Part shown: positions 10,479 through 19,925 of the stretch, one piece after another | How the letters are laid out: every line of letters starts with the position of its first letter | Numbering within the stretch: the stretch's first letter is position 1 | Assembly: GCA_049602055.1 (NCBI GenBank) | Contig: JBMYRG010000008.1 | Coordinates: 20,618-84,617 of the forward strand | Length of the DNA: 64,000 bases | Source: Alphaproteobacteria bacterium | Lineage (GTDB): Bacteria > Pseudomonadota > Alphaproteobacteria > MPNO01 > UBA2964 | Reading direction: 5' to 3' | Translations under genes and position numbers: made by a program | Notes under the pieces: generated by a model | What the model saw: the letters and a program-made list of their open reading frames with translations, nothing else | Told to the model about the DNA's origin: nothing | Database searches by the model: none

Positions 10479-11578
10479 TGGGATTTACCTGCGGCATTGT
10501 CGGCCTTCCCAATGTAGGGAAATCGACCCTCTTCAACGCCCTCACCGCAACTATCGCGGCTCAAGCAGAAAACTATCCGTTCTGTACGATCGAACCAAAC
10601 GTCGGACGTATTGCGGTGCCTGACCCCCGCCTGGACCAGATTGCTGTCCTTGCGAAGTCCGCGAAGATCGTCCCCACGCAAATAGATTTTGCAGATATCG
10701 CGGGTTTGGTTAGGGGTGCCAGCACCGGTGAAGGACTCGGCAATCAATTCCTCGGGCATATTCGAGAGATGGACGCAGTCGCTCATGTCGTCCGCTGCTT
10801 CGAAGATGATAACATCACCCATGTCGACGGCCGTATTGATCCGATTAGCGATATTGAGACTATCGATACAGAATTGATGCTCGCCGATCTCGAAAGCCTC
10901 GAACGCCGTAGTGACGCGCTCGTGAAAAAATCACGAGGCAATGATAAGGAAGCCATCGCCACCCTCGCCATGGTCGAAAAAATCATCGAAGCCCTCAAAG
11001 AAGGTAAACCCGCCAGATCCGTCGCCTCGCAATTTGAAGACCAGGCCTTATTCCATGGGTTACAGCTTCTAACCGCCAAACCGGTAATGTATATCTGTAA
11101 CGTTGGCGAAGAGGATGCAGCTACCGGTAATGCCTATTCCGAACAGGTCGCGGCACGCGCGACAGAAGAAGGGGCCGTCGCTGTCATTATATCCGCCGCT
11201 ATCGAGGCAGAGATCGCTCAGCTCACCGACCTCGAGGAACGCGCCGAGTTCCTGGAATCTATTGGACTGAAAGAAACCGGTCTTTCACAGATTATCGCCG
11301 CTGGCTATCAGCTGCTCGGTTTGATTACCTACTTGACCGCAGGCCCAACAGAATCCCGTGCCTGGACAATTACTAAAGGCACAAAAGCCCCTCAAGCTGC
11401 CGCCGTTATTCATACCGATTTTGAACGCGGTTTTATCTGCGCAGAGACAATCGCGTTTGAAGATTATGTCAGCTGTAACGGTGAGGTCGGCGCCAAGGAA
11501 GCCGGCAAAATGCGTCAGGAAGGCCGAGACTATGTCGTTAAAGACGGCGACATTATTCTGTTCCGGTTCAATGTATAA
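10478..11578 (+). CDS. ychF: Redox-regulated ATPase YchF
   Basis: GIVGLPNVGKSTLFN, ENYPFCTIEPN, DIAGLV, GLGNQFL, IHTDFERGFI, YVVKDGD. Confidence 0.98.
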   Translation: MGFTCGIVGLPNVGKSTLFNALTATIAAQAENYPFCTIEPNVGRIAVPDPRLDQIAVLAKSAKIVPTQIDFADIAGLVRGASTGEGLGNQFLGHIREMDAVAHVVRCFEDDNITHVDGRIDPISDIETIDTELMLADLESLERRSDALVKKSRGNDKEAIATLAMVEKIIEALKEGKPARSVASQFEDQALFHGLQLLTAKPVMYICNVGEEDAATGNAYSEQVAARATEEGAVAVIISAAIEAEIAQLTDLEERAEFLESIGLKETGLSQIIAAGYQLLGLITYLTAGPTESRAWTITKGTKAPQAAAVIHTDFERGFICAETIAFEDYVSCNGEVGAKEAGKMRQEGRDYVVKDGDIILFRFNV

Positions 11579-11586
11579 CCAATAGT

Positions 11587-12156
11587 TCAGATAAAGCGGG
11601 CTGACTTTATCATCCGTTCTGCTTCTTCCGAATATTTGTCGTAATAGTACACAGCGGTACCGTAAGCCGCGATCAAGCTCAGACGGTTTTTATATACAGC
11701 ACCAACAAATAGACATTTAAAGTCCAACCCGTCTTTTGTCGTATAGGTGCAGTCAAATCTAAACCCGTCCTCGCTGCCAATCTTGTATGGCCTCAGGTTG
11801 ATAATTTTAAAATTACCTAAATTGCCGAGAGCCATAGAGGATTTAATTGCTTCAGCAATCTCTACAGCTGTCATACTGGATTTAAATTTGGGGGCTTTTT
11901 GTCCTTGAGGGAAAGAAAAGATCGATTCACCGTCTTCCAGGCCACCAAGCACCGCAATTCGTTGCAAACGAGCGCCATCAACCGTCAAAACGTCCCATTT
12001 CGTATAGCCGGAGATCAACGACCACTCATGCGTCGTTTCGACAATCAGGCGGTCCTGTAATGTTATAGGACCGGATTTAACGAGGGTAATAGAAGGACAG
12101 CCAGTTAGCAGGCCACAAAGGGCTGCGCAGCCCAATATTCTGAGTAATTGTTTCAT
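11587..12156 (-). CDS. Hypothetical lipoprotein (possible PsbP/DcrB-like fold)
   Basis: Lipobox LTGC; last gene of a tightly spaced three-gene minus-strand operon. Fold guess comes only from the beta-rich C-terminus and terminal helix. Confidence 0.65.
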   Translation of the reverse strand: MKQLLRILGCAALCGLLTGCPSITLVKSGPITLQDRLIVETTHEWSLISGYTKWDVLTVDGARLQRIAVLGGLEDGESIFSFPQGQKAPKFKSSMTAVEIAEAIKSSMALGNLGNFKIINLRPYKIGSEDGFRFDCTYTTKDGLDFKCLFVGAVYKNRLSLIAAYGTAVYYYDKYSEEAERMIKSARFI

Positions 12157-12158
12157 TT

Positions 12159-13409
12159 TTATCCGATCCTATTGACAATCGCTTCGATCATTAAGCGATC
12201 CTGTGATGATGGTGCTCGCCTTAGGTATTCACGAAACGCTTTCCGAGCCTCGTCAAATTTCTTCAACTTACGATAAATCAGCCCCATATATTTATGGACC
12301 TCTGGCGGATAATCCTTTTCCGCGATTGCCTTCGTATAAAACTCCAGGGCAGCAGTGAATTTTTTATCGGAAGTGTCTTCTTCATCCCCAGCTTCTTCAT
12401 CTTTAATCCGATGCAGTTCACCCCGAAAAAAGTTTAGTTCGCCCTTCGGAAGTCCGATATCAGCCAGCATTTCCATTAACTTATGCGCCCGGGCATACCG
12501 CCTTAATTGGGTCTCATCCCGTAAAAAGGTTGTGCGTCGCGGCGCCATAATTTTTTGATAGGCTAGCTGGTTGGTAACGCCTTCTCGTCCCTGTTCCTTG
12601 ATGACCTCATCGGCCAGCCTGGCAAGTGTATCTGCGCGTTCCTGGCTACTCGGGTGGCTGGCGAAAAACACAACTCTGTTCTTATTTTCGGGGTCAGCAT
12701 CTCGTTCTTTAATGAGCTGCTGCCAAATTCTGGATGCCTCTCGTGGGTCATATCCGGCCTTCGCCATAAGCTCTAACCCCAACCTGTCTGCTTCTCTTTC
12801 ATGATCCTGGCTATAGGCGGAGATGGACGCCATGGCTATGAGGGTTGCAACGTCTCCAAGGCCCGGAATGCCGACAGCGGCCAAACCAAACTGGACGATA
12901 ACCAGTGCGTTTGCCGTATCCTGCGTATTGCGAAAGCGCTGCATTCCATGGCGGCGTAAATAATGCGCAATCTCATGTCCGATGACGGCAGCCAATTGAG
13001 CTTCATTATGGGCTCTTAACAGCAGCCCCGTATTCACGATCATCATACCATTGGGATACATGGACGCGTTAAATAGTGGCAAATGCTGAATATAGACGCG
13101 AATGTCCTTGCAATAATCTCCAGCTAATTTACAGGCGATTTTGTAAACATATTGCTGGAGCTCTTTATCCCGAAACGTCGTTCCTGATGATTTGATCTGT
13201 TTCTCAATTTTCTCCACCGACATCCAGAGACCACCTTCAAGTGTATCCAAAGGCGGGCGTTCTCCTGGCGTCAGGTTTTGGACCGTTGATGCAGGAATTT
13301 GATCGGTTGATGGGTTTTCAATATCACCATCGCCAGAGGTCGTAACGCAGCCGCTCAGGAGACAGACGACAACGATGGGGACCGAAAATATGTCGAATAG
13401 ACGCGTCAT
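12159..13409 (-). CDS. M48-family zinc metalloprotease lipoprotein with C-terminal TPR-like repeats
   Basis: Lipobox LSGC; NASMYPNG; HEIAH (HExxH); YSQDHEREAD; FFASHP; TPR-like helices at C-terminus. Confidence 0.9.
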   Translation of the reverse strand: MTRLFDIFSVPIVVVCLLSGCVTTSGDGDIENPSTDQIPASTVQNLTPGERPPLDTLEGGLWMSVEKIEKQIKSSGTTFRDKELQQYVYKIACKLAGDYCKDIRVYIQHLPLFNASMYPNGMMIVNTGLLLRAHNEAQLAAVIGHEIAHYLRRHGMQRFRNTQDTANALVIVQFGLAAVGIPGLGDVATLIAMASISAYSQDHEREADRLGLELMAKAGYDPREASRIWQQLIKERDADPENKNRVVFFASHPSSQERADTLARLADEVIKEQGREGVTNQLAYQKIMAPRRTTFLRDETQLRRYARAHKLMEMLADIGLPKGELNFFRGELHRIKDEEAGDEEDTSDKKFTAALEFYTKAIAEKDYPPEVHKYMGLIYRKLKKFDEARKAFREYLRRAPSSQDRLMIEAIVNRIG

Positions 13410-13411
13410 TT

Positions 13412-14185
13412 TTAGCTAGGAAGTTCTTTCATCAATACTTTGACAGTTTCTTGAGCTTCTTCAGGCGTTCTCAAATCGCCAGTGCCCCGTGTTACGCGAT
13501 TGAACCAAACAACTTTCCCGGTACGGAGATCGACAAGGGAAGCAAACCCCAACTGTTGCCCGCCAGGTAACCCCACACCAAACACGAGCGCGGCTACGAA
13601 GATCGTCGCCGCACGCCCGGCAGACGCATAGCTATCCCGCATATATACGAATAAGGCGTAATCAGCCTTGGTTGTTTCTCTTAACTTTTTCACACCCGGA
13701 CCTAAAGTCCACGTTAGCTTACCCTCTTTGGTGGGAAGGGGCTGGATGGACTGAAACAACATTTCGGTCCCAACCGCGCTATGAAGTTTAATCAGCTGTG
13801 TATGAAGCCGTGCGTTATCGCTACCGGGCGACGGCTCCGCATAGGGTAGCAACTCACTTTTCTTGCCAGAGAAGACGTCTTTTATCCCTGTTTCGAGATT
13901 TATTTTTGCCTTCTCAGTCCAAGCAGCTTTGGGTTCAAGTATTCCACTGGCACCTTGCTCACTAAGTTCTACATCAATTGGCATAAACAAGACGGAAAGC
14001 GGTTTGGGGCCACGCTCAAACTTTTCAATGTTCCTGATATGCGTCGTAACGCAACCAGAAAGAACTAACATCGAACAGCAAAGAAACGCTATGCCCCGTA
14101 CACTCCGTGATTGAATTCTTATCCCCAGCTCTCCCAACTTTTGGTAAACTCTAAATCCGTAAAAAGAGAATGTCGATAGAGACAA
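13412..14185 (-). CDS. Hypothetical lipoprotein (start uncertain; possibly 14122)
   Basis: Lipobox LSGC; alpha/beta pattern; first gene of the M48 operon. Confidence 0.7.
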   Translation of the reverse strand: MSLSTFSFYGFRVYQKLGELGIRIQSRSVRGIAFLCCSMLVLSGCVTTHIRNIEKFERGPKPLSVLFMPIDVELSEQGASGILEPKAAWTEKAKINLETGIKDVFSGKKSELLPYAEPSPGSDNARLHTQLIKLHSAVGTEMLFQSIQPLPTKEGKLTWTLGPGVKKLRETTKADYALFVYMRDSYASAGRAATIFVAALVFGVGLPGGQQLGFASLVDLRTGKVVWFNRVTRGTGDLRTPEEAQETVKVLMKELPS

Positions 14186-14307
14186 GCACGAAAAAAGAGA
14201 GCTTGGTATTCTTCACCACGCATTGCACATACTGTCATCAACGTTTAAAAAAGCCGGTCTATAGTTTTGACCGCGAATCTGTCGCGGTGCCTTTCAGGGA
14301 GAGAAAA

Positions 14308-14979
14308 ATGGGATCTATGACCGAACTAACCACAGCCGATGGCCATACGCTTGGCGCCTACAAGGCAGAACCGTCAGGCTCTGCCAAAGGTGGCGTTGTC
14401 GTCATTCAGGAAATTTTTGGAGTCAATCAGCACATCAAGAACCTCGTCGATGAATTCGCCAAGAATGGATATGTCGCTATCGCACCAGCTTTGTTTGACC
14501 GTAAGGAAAAAGGCCTTGAGCTCGGCTATGGTCAGGATGACTTTGGCAAGGGCCGTGACACACGCGGCAGTCTCGATGATGACGGAATTCAGAACGACGT
14601 TCAGGCTGCCATCAACGACGTTTCAAGCGCCGGTAAAGTCGGCATTGTTGGCTATTGCTTCGGTGGCTATGTCAGCTGGCTTGCGGCTTGCAAATGCGAT
14701 GGCCTGGCAGCGGCATCAACCTTCTATGGCGGTGGCATCCATGCCAAGCGCGATGACACACCGAAAGTGCCCGTGATCTTTAACTTTGGTGACAAAGACG
14801 GCGGTATCCCGCTGAACCAGGTTGCTGAGATCAAGGAAGCCCACCCCGACATCCCCTGCTACGTCTATGACGACGCGGGACACGGCTTCTGCTGTGACGA
14901 CCGGGAAAGCTACAATCAGGGTGCATGCGAACGCGCTCACAAGCGGACACTTGACCATTTCGGCCAACATGTCGGCTGA
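14308..14979 (+). CDS. Dienelactone hydrolase family protein
   Basis: VVVIQEIFGVN, GYCFGG nucleophile elbow, D and HGF triad residues; GGGAGAG RBS before ATG 14308. Confidence 0.93.
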   Translation: MGSMTELTTADGHTLGAYKAEPSGSAKGGVVVIQEIFGVNQHIKNLVDEFAKNGYVAIAPALFDRKEKGLELGYGQDDFGKGRDTRGSLDDDGIQNDVQAAINDVSSAGKVGIVGYCFGGYVSWLAACKCDGLAAASTFYGGGIHAKRDDTPKVPVIFNFGDKDGGIPLNQVAEIKEAHPDIPCYVYDDAGHGFCCDDRESYNQGACERAHKRTLDHFGQHVG

Positions 14980-15003
14980 TTGCTGTTAGGTAATTTAGAG
15001 ACG

Positions 15004-15034
15004 AAGCCCCGGCCCGCAAGGTCCGGGGCTTTTT
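15004..15034. terminator. Probable bidirectional intrinsic terminator
   Basis: AAGCCCCGG-N10-CCGGGGCTTTTT between convergent genes. Confidence 0.8.
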
Positions 15035-15035
15035 C

Positions 15036-17081
15036 CTATCTTAACGAGGCCGCGATATTGCCACCATCCACCGTGACAATCGCCGCCGTCGTCTTTTCCG
15101 CCAGTGCTAAATCAAGGAATGCCTTGGCAACGTCCTCGGCCAAGACCTCACGGCCCAGCAAATTACCGCCCATATATTCGGCTTCCGAAACACCACGTGC
15201 CTGCGAGCGGACCGCTATCATCTCATCATCGAGCAAACCCGTGCGAATACGATCAGCATTAACAGCGTTAGATCGAATGCCATCGGAACCGTAATCCAAC
15301 GCATATTGTTTCATGAGGAACAAGGTCGCTGCTTTCGGTAGCCCGTACGGTCCAAAATCAGGACCCGGGTTAATCGCCTGCTTGGATGTATTGAACAGCA
15401 AGCATCCACCAGTGCCTTGCGCCTTCATAATGCCGACAGCGGCCTTGGCAACCGATTGATGCGCAAAGAAATTTAACTCGAAGCTCTCGCGCAAAATCTC
15501 ATCATCGACCTCACCAATTTTCCCCTGCCATGCTGCGCCGGCGTTGGATACCAACAGATCAAGGCCACCGAAACGCTCACAGATTGTATCGAAGGCTTGC
15601 GATACAGAAACTGTATCAGTGACATCACAGGCGAGACCTAACCCACCAATTGCGTTAGCTACCTCCTGAGCGGCAACCTCGTCACGATCGAGGACAACCA
15701 CAACGGCACCAGCTGCAGCAAAGGCTCGTGCCGTCGCCGCGCCAATGCCAGACCCGCCACCAGTTATGGCCGCGATTTGTCGTTGCAGAGGTTTTTCCGC
15801 CGATTTCCCGAGTTTGGCCTGTTCGAGTGACCAGTATTCAATATCGAAAATATCCGCCTCCGGAATGACCTCATAGCTACCCATCGCCTCAACATCAGTG
15901 ATCACATCGATATTTGTTTCTGCCAGATCGGCCGCAACTGATGCGGCACCAGCGCTATTGCCGAGGCCAAACAACCCGACACCCGGCACCAGAATAACCC
16001 GCGGCATTGGGTCAAGTTCGGTCTTTGGCGTCGCCTGAGTTTTATTATTGCGTGCAAAATAGGCGTGATACTCAGCAATGTAACTCTCGACGGCTTCGCG
16101 GGCCCCCGCAGCAAATTCTTCAAGCTTGCCCGCCTCTGGCACGGGCGTAACGAGCGGGTTTGGTTTCGTCCGAATAACATGATCCGGGGTCACAGTTCCC
16201 TGCTGACTAAACCGTCCTAAATTAGCATCAGCAACATAGTTAATGATCGCCTCATTGGTCCGAAAATCCATAACCAGGCGCTGCGCATTAGTACCGGTTT
16301 CCATCGCACATAGCCCCCGAAGAATAGGGGCAATTTGCGCCACTGAAGCCATCTGAGCTGGCATCTCAATGCTCGAAAAACTGCGAGATCGCCGTTTTTC
16401 GATCTCAGATTCCGCAAGCGAGACCATCTCGATCATGCGTTCATAGGATTCCTGAGCCGTATCTCCAAAACTGAAAATGCCGTGTTTGAGGAGGATCAAC
16501 CCCTCAACAACAGCGTCCTGTTCAAATACCTCTTTGGCTTTCTTTGCCAGAGCAAAGCCCGGCATAATATAGGGAACGTACCCCATGCGATTACCAAATA
16601 CCTCTCGGCAAATATCGTCACCACCTTCCTGATCTGTCAGTGCCAGGACGGCATTGGCATGTGTATGATCAACAAATTTGTGCGGCAAAAAGGCATGCAG
16701 CAGGGTCTCAACTGACGGATTCGGTGCAGATGAATCCAATAGATTGATCCGCTGGGCATTGACCATGCCCTCATCGGACAATGTAGAAAGGGCCGCCAGC
16801 TGCCGGATAGCCTCCAACCGAACCGCCGGCAGTCCGGGAGGTTCTATATCACCCAGGTCCCAGCCAGATCCTTTGACGCAAAGAACATCGGTGTCTTGCC
16901 CTAGCATATCCGGCATCGTCGTTTTCACGGAGGTATTGCCGCCACCATGGAGTACCAGCCTGGGTTCGCCGCCGAGCAGGCGCGAAGTGTAAACCCGCAG
17001 GGCAACGTCCTGATTTACTTCATTGCTCGTAAATTGAGCGATATAGCTTTCTGCATCTTTATCGGACCAGAGATTTTTCAT
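15036..17081 (-). CDS. Bifunctional class II aldolase / short-chain dehydrogenase (RhaEW-like architecture)
   Basis: N-terminal: HGGGNTSVK, KGSG, PSVETLLH, DHTHA, KHG (Zn aldolase motifs). C-terminal: TGGGSGIG, LDRD, NAG, S...YGLPK (intact SDR motifs). Confidence 0.9.
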   Translation of the reverse strand: MKNLWSDKDAESYIAQFTSNEVNQDVALRVYTSRLLGGEPRLVLHGGGNTSVKTTMPDMLGQDTDVLCVKGSGWDLGDIEPPGLPAVRLEAIRQLAALSTLSDEGMVNAQRINLLDSSAPNPSVETLLHAFLPHKFVDHTHANAVLALTDQEGGDDICREVFGNRMGYVPYIMPGFALAKKAKEVFEQDAVVEGLILLKHGIFSFGDTAQESYERMIEMVSLAESEIEKRRSRSFSSIEMPAQMASVAQIAPILRGLCAMETGTNAQRLVMDFRTNEAIINYVADANLGRFSQQGTVTPDHVIRTKPNPLVTPVPEAGKLEEFAAGAREAVESYIAEYHAYFARNNKTQATPKTELDPMPRVILVPGVGLFGLGNSAGAASVAADLAETNIDVITDVEAMGSYEVIPEADIFDIEYWSLEQAKLGKSAEKPLQRQIAAITGGGSGIGAATARAFAAAGAVVVVLDRDEVAAQEVANAIGGLGLACDVTDTVSVSQAFDTICERFGGLDLLVSNAGAAWQGKIGEVDDEILRESFELNFFAHQSVAKAAVGIMKAQGTGGCLLFNTSKQAINPGPDFGPYGLPKAATLFLMKQYALDYGSDGIRSNAVNADRIRTGLLDDEMIAVRSQARGVSEAEYMGGNLLGREVLAEDVAKAFLDLALAEKTTAAIVTVDGGNIAASLR

Positions 17082-17089
17082 CGTACTTC

Positions 17090-18181
17090 CTATCTATTCT
17101 CCGGATAGAGGCCCAACAACCCTTCTGTTGTCGCCTCGCAAATACCGCGTTCCGTAATCAAACGGGTGACCAGCCGCGCCGGTGTTACATCAAACCCGTA
17201 ATTCGCAGCTGCACTCCCCGGCGGCGTAACCGAAACGGTTTCTATCGTTCCCTGCGCTGTTCTGCCAGTGATGCTCGTAACCTCCGCAGGATCACGTTCT
17301 TCAATCGGAATATCTCGACCGTTGCTAATCGTCCAGTCTATCGTTGGCCCTGGCAGCCCAACATAGAACGGCACGTCATTGTCTCGCGCCGCCAGGGCTT
17401 TCAGATAAGTACCGATTTTATTGGCTACATCTCCAGAAGCTGTCGTCCGGTCGGTTCCAGTGATCAAAAGATCGATATCACCCTGTTGCATGACATGCCC
17501 ACCCGCATTATCGACGATAACTGTATGCGGCACGCCGTGCTGACCCAGCTCCCAGGCGGTAAGTCCTGCGCCCTGATTGCGGGGTCGGGTTTCATCGACC
17601 CAGACATGCACCGGTATCTCTTGTTCATGAGCGACATAGATGGGCGCCGTCGCAGTCCCCCAATCGACTGTTGCCAGCCAACCGGCATTACAATGCGTCA
17701 AAATATTGACCGGACGGCTCCGATCTATTTTATCCCACGCATCACGAACGAGTTGCACGCCATGGTCACCAATGGAGCGACACATCGCGACATCTTCATC
17801 ACAAATTTCTGCTGCCCGACGGTAGGCAGCTTCTATCCGGTCACCCGCCGCGAGTGGTTCAAGGGTCGCTTTCATATCGTCGAGTGCCCAGCGTAAATTC
17901 ACCGCCGTGGGGCGGGTCTGAAGAAGAAGGTTATAGGCAGACTGCAATGCCCCGTCAGTGGCGTCTGCGCGAACCGCAAGGCATATGCCATATGCCGCTG
18001 TCGCACCGATCAGTGGCGCGCCACGGACCTGCATGGAGCGTATTGCATGCGCCGCCTCCTCAACTGAATTCAGAGCGCGCGTTATAAACTCATGAGGTAG
18101 CCGGGTTTGATCAATGATCTCGACAGTTTCGCCATTATCGGCAAGCCAAATTGTCCGGAATGGCACACCATCGACGTTCAT
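17090..18181 (-). CDS. mtnA: S-methyl-5-thioribose-1-phosphate isomerase
   Basis: [60 protein letters not shown]. Confidence 0.96.
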   Translation of the reverse strand: MNVDGVPFRTIWLADNGETVEIIDQTRLPHEFITRALNSVEEAAHAIRSMQVRGAPLIGATAAYGICLAVRADATDGALQSAYNLLLQTRPTAVNLRWALDDMKATLEPLAAGDRIEAAYRRAAEICDEDVAMCRSIGDHGVQLVRDAWDKIDRSRPVNILTHCNAGWLATVDWGTATAPIYVAHEQEIPVHVWVDETRPRNQGAGLTAWELGQHGVPHTVIVDNAGGHVMQQGDIDLLITGTDRTTASGDVANKIGTYLKALAARDNDVPFYVGLPGPTIDWTISNGRDIPIEERDPAEVTSITGRTAQGTIETVSVTPPGSAAANYGFDVTPARLVTRLITERGICEATTEGLLGLYPENR

Positions 18182-19065
18182 TGGCGTAACACCCGCCCGG
18201 CAATGACGTCGAGCTTCTCGGTCATTTTGGGATCACGGGCCTCAGGAGCCGTTATAATCGCGACATCCAGGGCGTTGTGGCAGCCGGCCTCGCAAAGGGT
18301 CGACCGCCCACCGATCAACGGAGCCAAATTAACCACCAATTGTTTCGCAGCGGCGGCGTTCTCGATCAACACTTTGATGACCGTTTCTACAGTGACGTCG
18401 TCATGATCCTGATGCCAGCAATCATAATCTGTAACCATTGCGACGGTCGCGTAACATATCTCTGCTTCGCGAGCGAGCTTGGCTTCCGGCATGTTGGTCA
18501 TGCCAATCACGTCACAACCCCAACTCCGATAGAGCTTGCTTTCCGCCCGGGTAGAAAACTGTGGCCCCTCCATCACCAGATAGGTGCCATCGCGTACCGT
18601 CTCATTCGACAGCCCCCCAGCAGCTCGCTCGATCAGGTTACCAAGACGTTGACAGGCGGGATCAGCCATCGATACATGCGCCACCAGCCCATCGCCAAAA
18701 AAACTTTTTTCGCGGGCAAATGTCCGGTCAATAAACTGATCAACTATAACAAATGTCCCTGGGGGCAATTCTTCCTTCAAAGACCCGACGGCACTGAGCG
18801 AAATAATCTCTGTGCAACCAGCCCGTTTCATAGCTTCGATATTAGCTCGAAAATTTAGCCTGCTTGGGGGCACTTTATGTCCCCGGCCATGGCGTGGCAA
18901 AAACACGACCTGCTGGCCATCAAGTTCGCCAAACAAGAGATCATCCGACGGTGCGCCGAAGGACGTTTCGATCGTTTCCCAACGCGTATTAGAAAGTCCA
19001 TCAATGTTGTAGAGACCGCTACCACCAATAACGCCCAATACAGGGGGGCTCGCTGTATCTGTCAT
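18178..19065 (-). CDS. mtnP: S-methyl-5'-thioadenosine phosphorylase
   Basis: [57 protein letters not shown]. Confidence 0.96.
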   Translation of the reverse strand: MTDTASPPVLGVIGGSGLYNIDGLSNTRWETIETSFGAPSDDLLFGELDGQQVVFLPRHGRGHKVPPSRLNFRANIEAMKRAGCTEIISLSAVGSLKEELPPGTFVIVDQFIDRTFAREKSFFGDGLVAHVSMADPACQRLGNLIERAAGGLSNETVRDGTYLVMEGPQFSTRAESKLYRSWGCDVIGMTNMPEAKLAREAEICYATVAMVTDYDCWHQDHDDVTVETVIKVLIENAAAAKQLVVNLAPLIGGRSTLCEAGCHNALDVAIITAPEARDPKMTEKLDVIAGRVLRQ

Positions 19066-19083
19066 AAACTTTCAACGTTCCAT

Positions 19084-19116
19084 AAAAAAACCGGCGATGA
19101 AATTTCACCGCCGGTT
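19084..19116 (-). terminator. Intrinsic terminator downstream of petABC
   Basis: Stem AACCGGCG.TGAA/TTCA.CGCCGGTT followed by a U-tract on the minus strand. Confidence 0.8.
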
Positions 19117-19163
19117 CATTTATCATAGTAGAGGCATCAGCACGAGAGCCAACGCCTGCCTAT

Positions 19164-19925
19164 TTAATGGAGGTCTGACCAAACCTTACGTTTCACGCCA
19201 TAAAGCAAACCTGTCAGAATAAGCAGGAACAGGATCACTTTGACCCCCATCCGCTTGCGCCACTCAAGCTCTGGCTCAGCGGCCCAGGCGAGGAACGTCG
19301 TTACATCGTGCGCCATTTGAGAAACCGTCGCTTTGGTCTTGTCTGCGTATTCAACTGCACCTTCGCTAAGCGGCGGTGCCATTGCGATTTGATTACCCGC
19401 GAAATAGAGATTGTAGGACATACCCTCCGCGAGCTTCTTCTCTTTTGGTGGCTCTTTGTAGCCTGAGAGGAGCGCGTGTACGTAATCCGCACCACCTACT
19501 CTTGCTTTGGTCATAAGCGTCAAATCCGGTGGATAGGCACCGTTATTGCCTGCGCGCGCAGCCTCCTCATTTGGAAAAGGTTTAACAAACCGGTCGCTCG
19601 GTCGAGCAGGACGTTGAAACATCTCGCCTTCATCATTCGGGCCGTCAGTGACCTCCTTGGCAGCCGCAATCTTTTTCACGTGATCTTCGGTGAAGCCGAT
19701 ATCCATCAGATTCCGATAGGCCAACAAGCGTACCGAATGGCAAGCGGCACAAACCTCGTTATAGACTTGAAAGCCACGCTGTAGGGCTCCACGATCAAAC
19801 GTGCCAAAGAGACCCGAGAATGACCATTCCTGCTTGGGTGGTTTCACAGCATCACCTGCCGCCATGGTACCGCTGGACGAGAGAACAGCAACAGCCGCGA
19901 CAACGCTAATCAAAGATTTGCGCAT
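19164..19925 (-). CDS. petC: Cytochrome c1 (bc1 complex)
   Basis: Signal peptide, QRGFQVYNEVCAACH, YPPDL, Met ligand in IAMAPPL, C-terminal TM helix. Confidence 0.98.
   Translation of the reverse strand: MRKSLISVVAAVAVLSSSGTMAAGDAVKPPKQEWSFSGLFGTFDRGALQRGFQVYNEVCAACHSVRLLAYRNLMDIGFTEDHVKKIAAAKEVTDGPNDEGEMFQRPARPSDRFVKPFPNEEAARAGNNGAYPPDLTLMTKARVGGADYVHALLSGYKEPPKEKKLAEGMSYNLYFAGNQIAMAPPLSEGAVEYADKTKATVSQMAHDVTTFLAWAAEPELEWRKRMGVKVILFLLILTGLLYGVKRKVWSDLH

Noticed and set aside
15036-17081. Rhamnose catabolism (RhaEW)
   Set aside because: No rhamnose isomerase, kinase, mutarotase or sugar transporter in the window; the gene is operonic with mtnA and mtnP.
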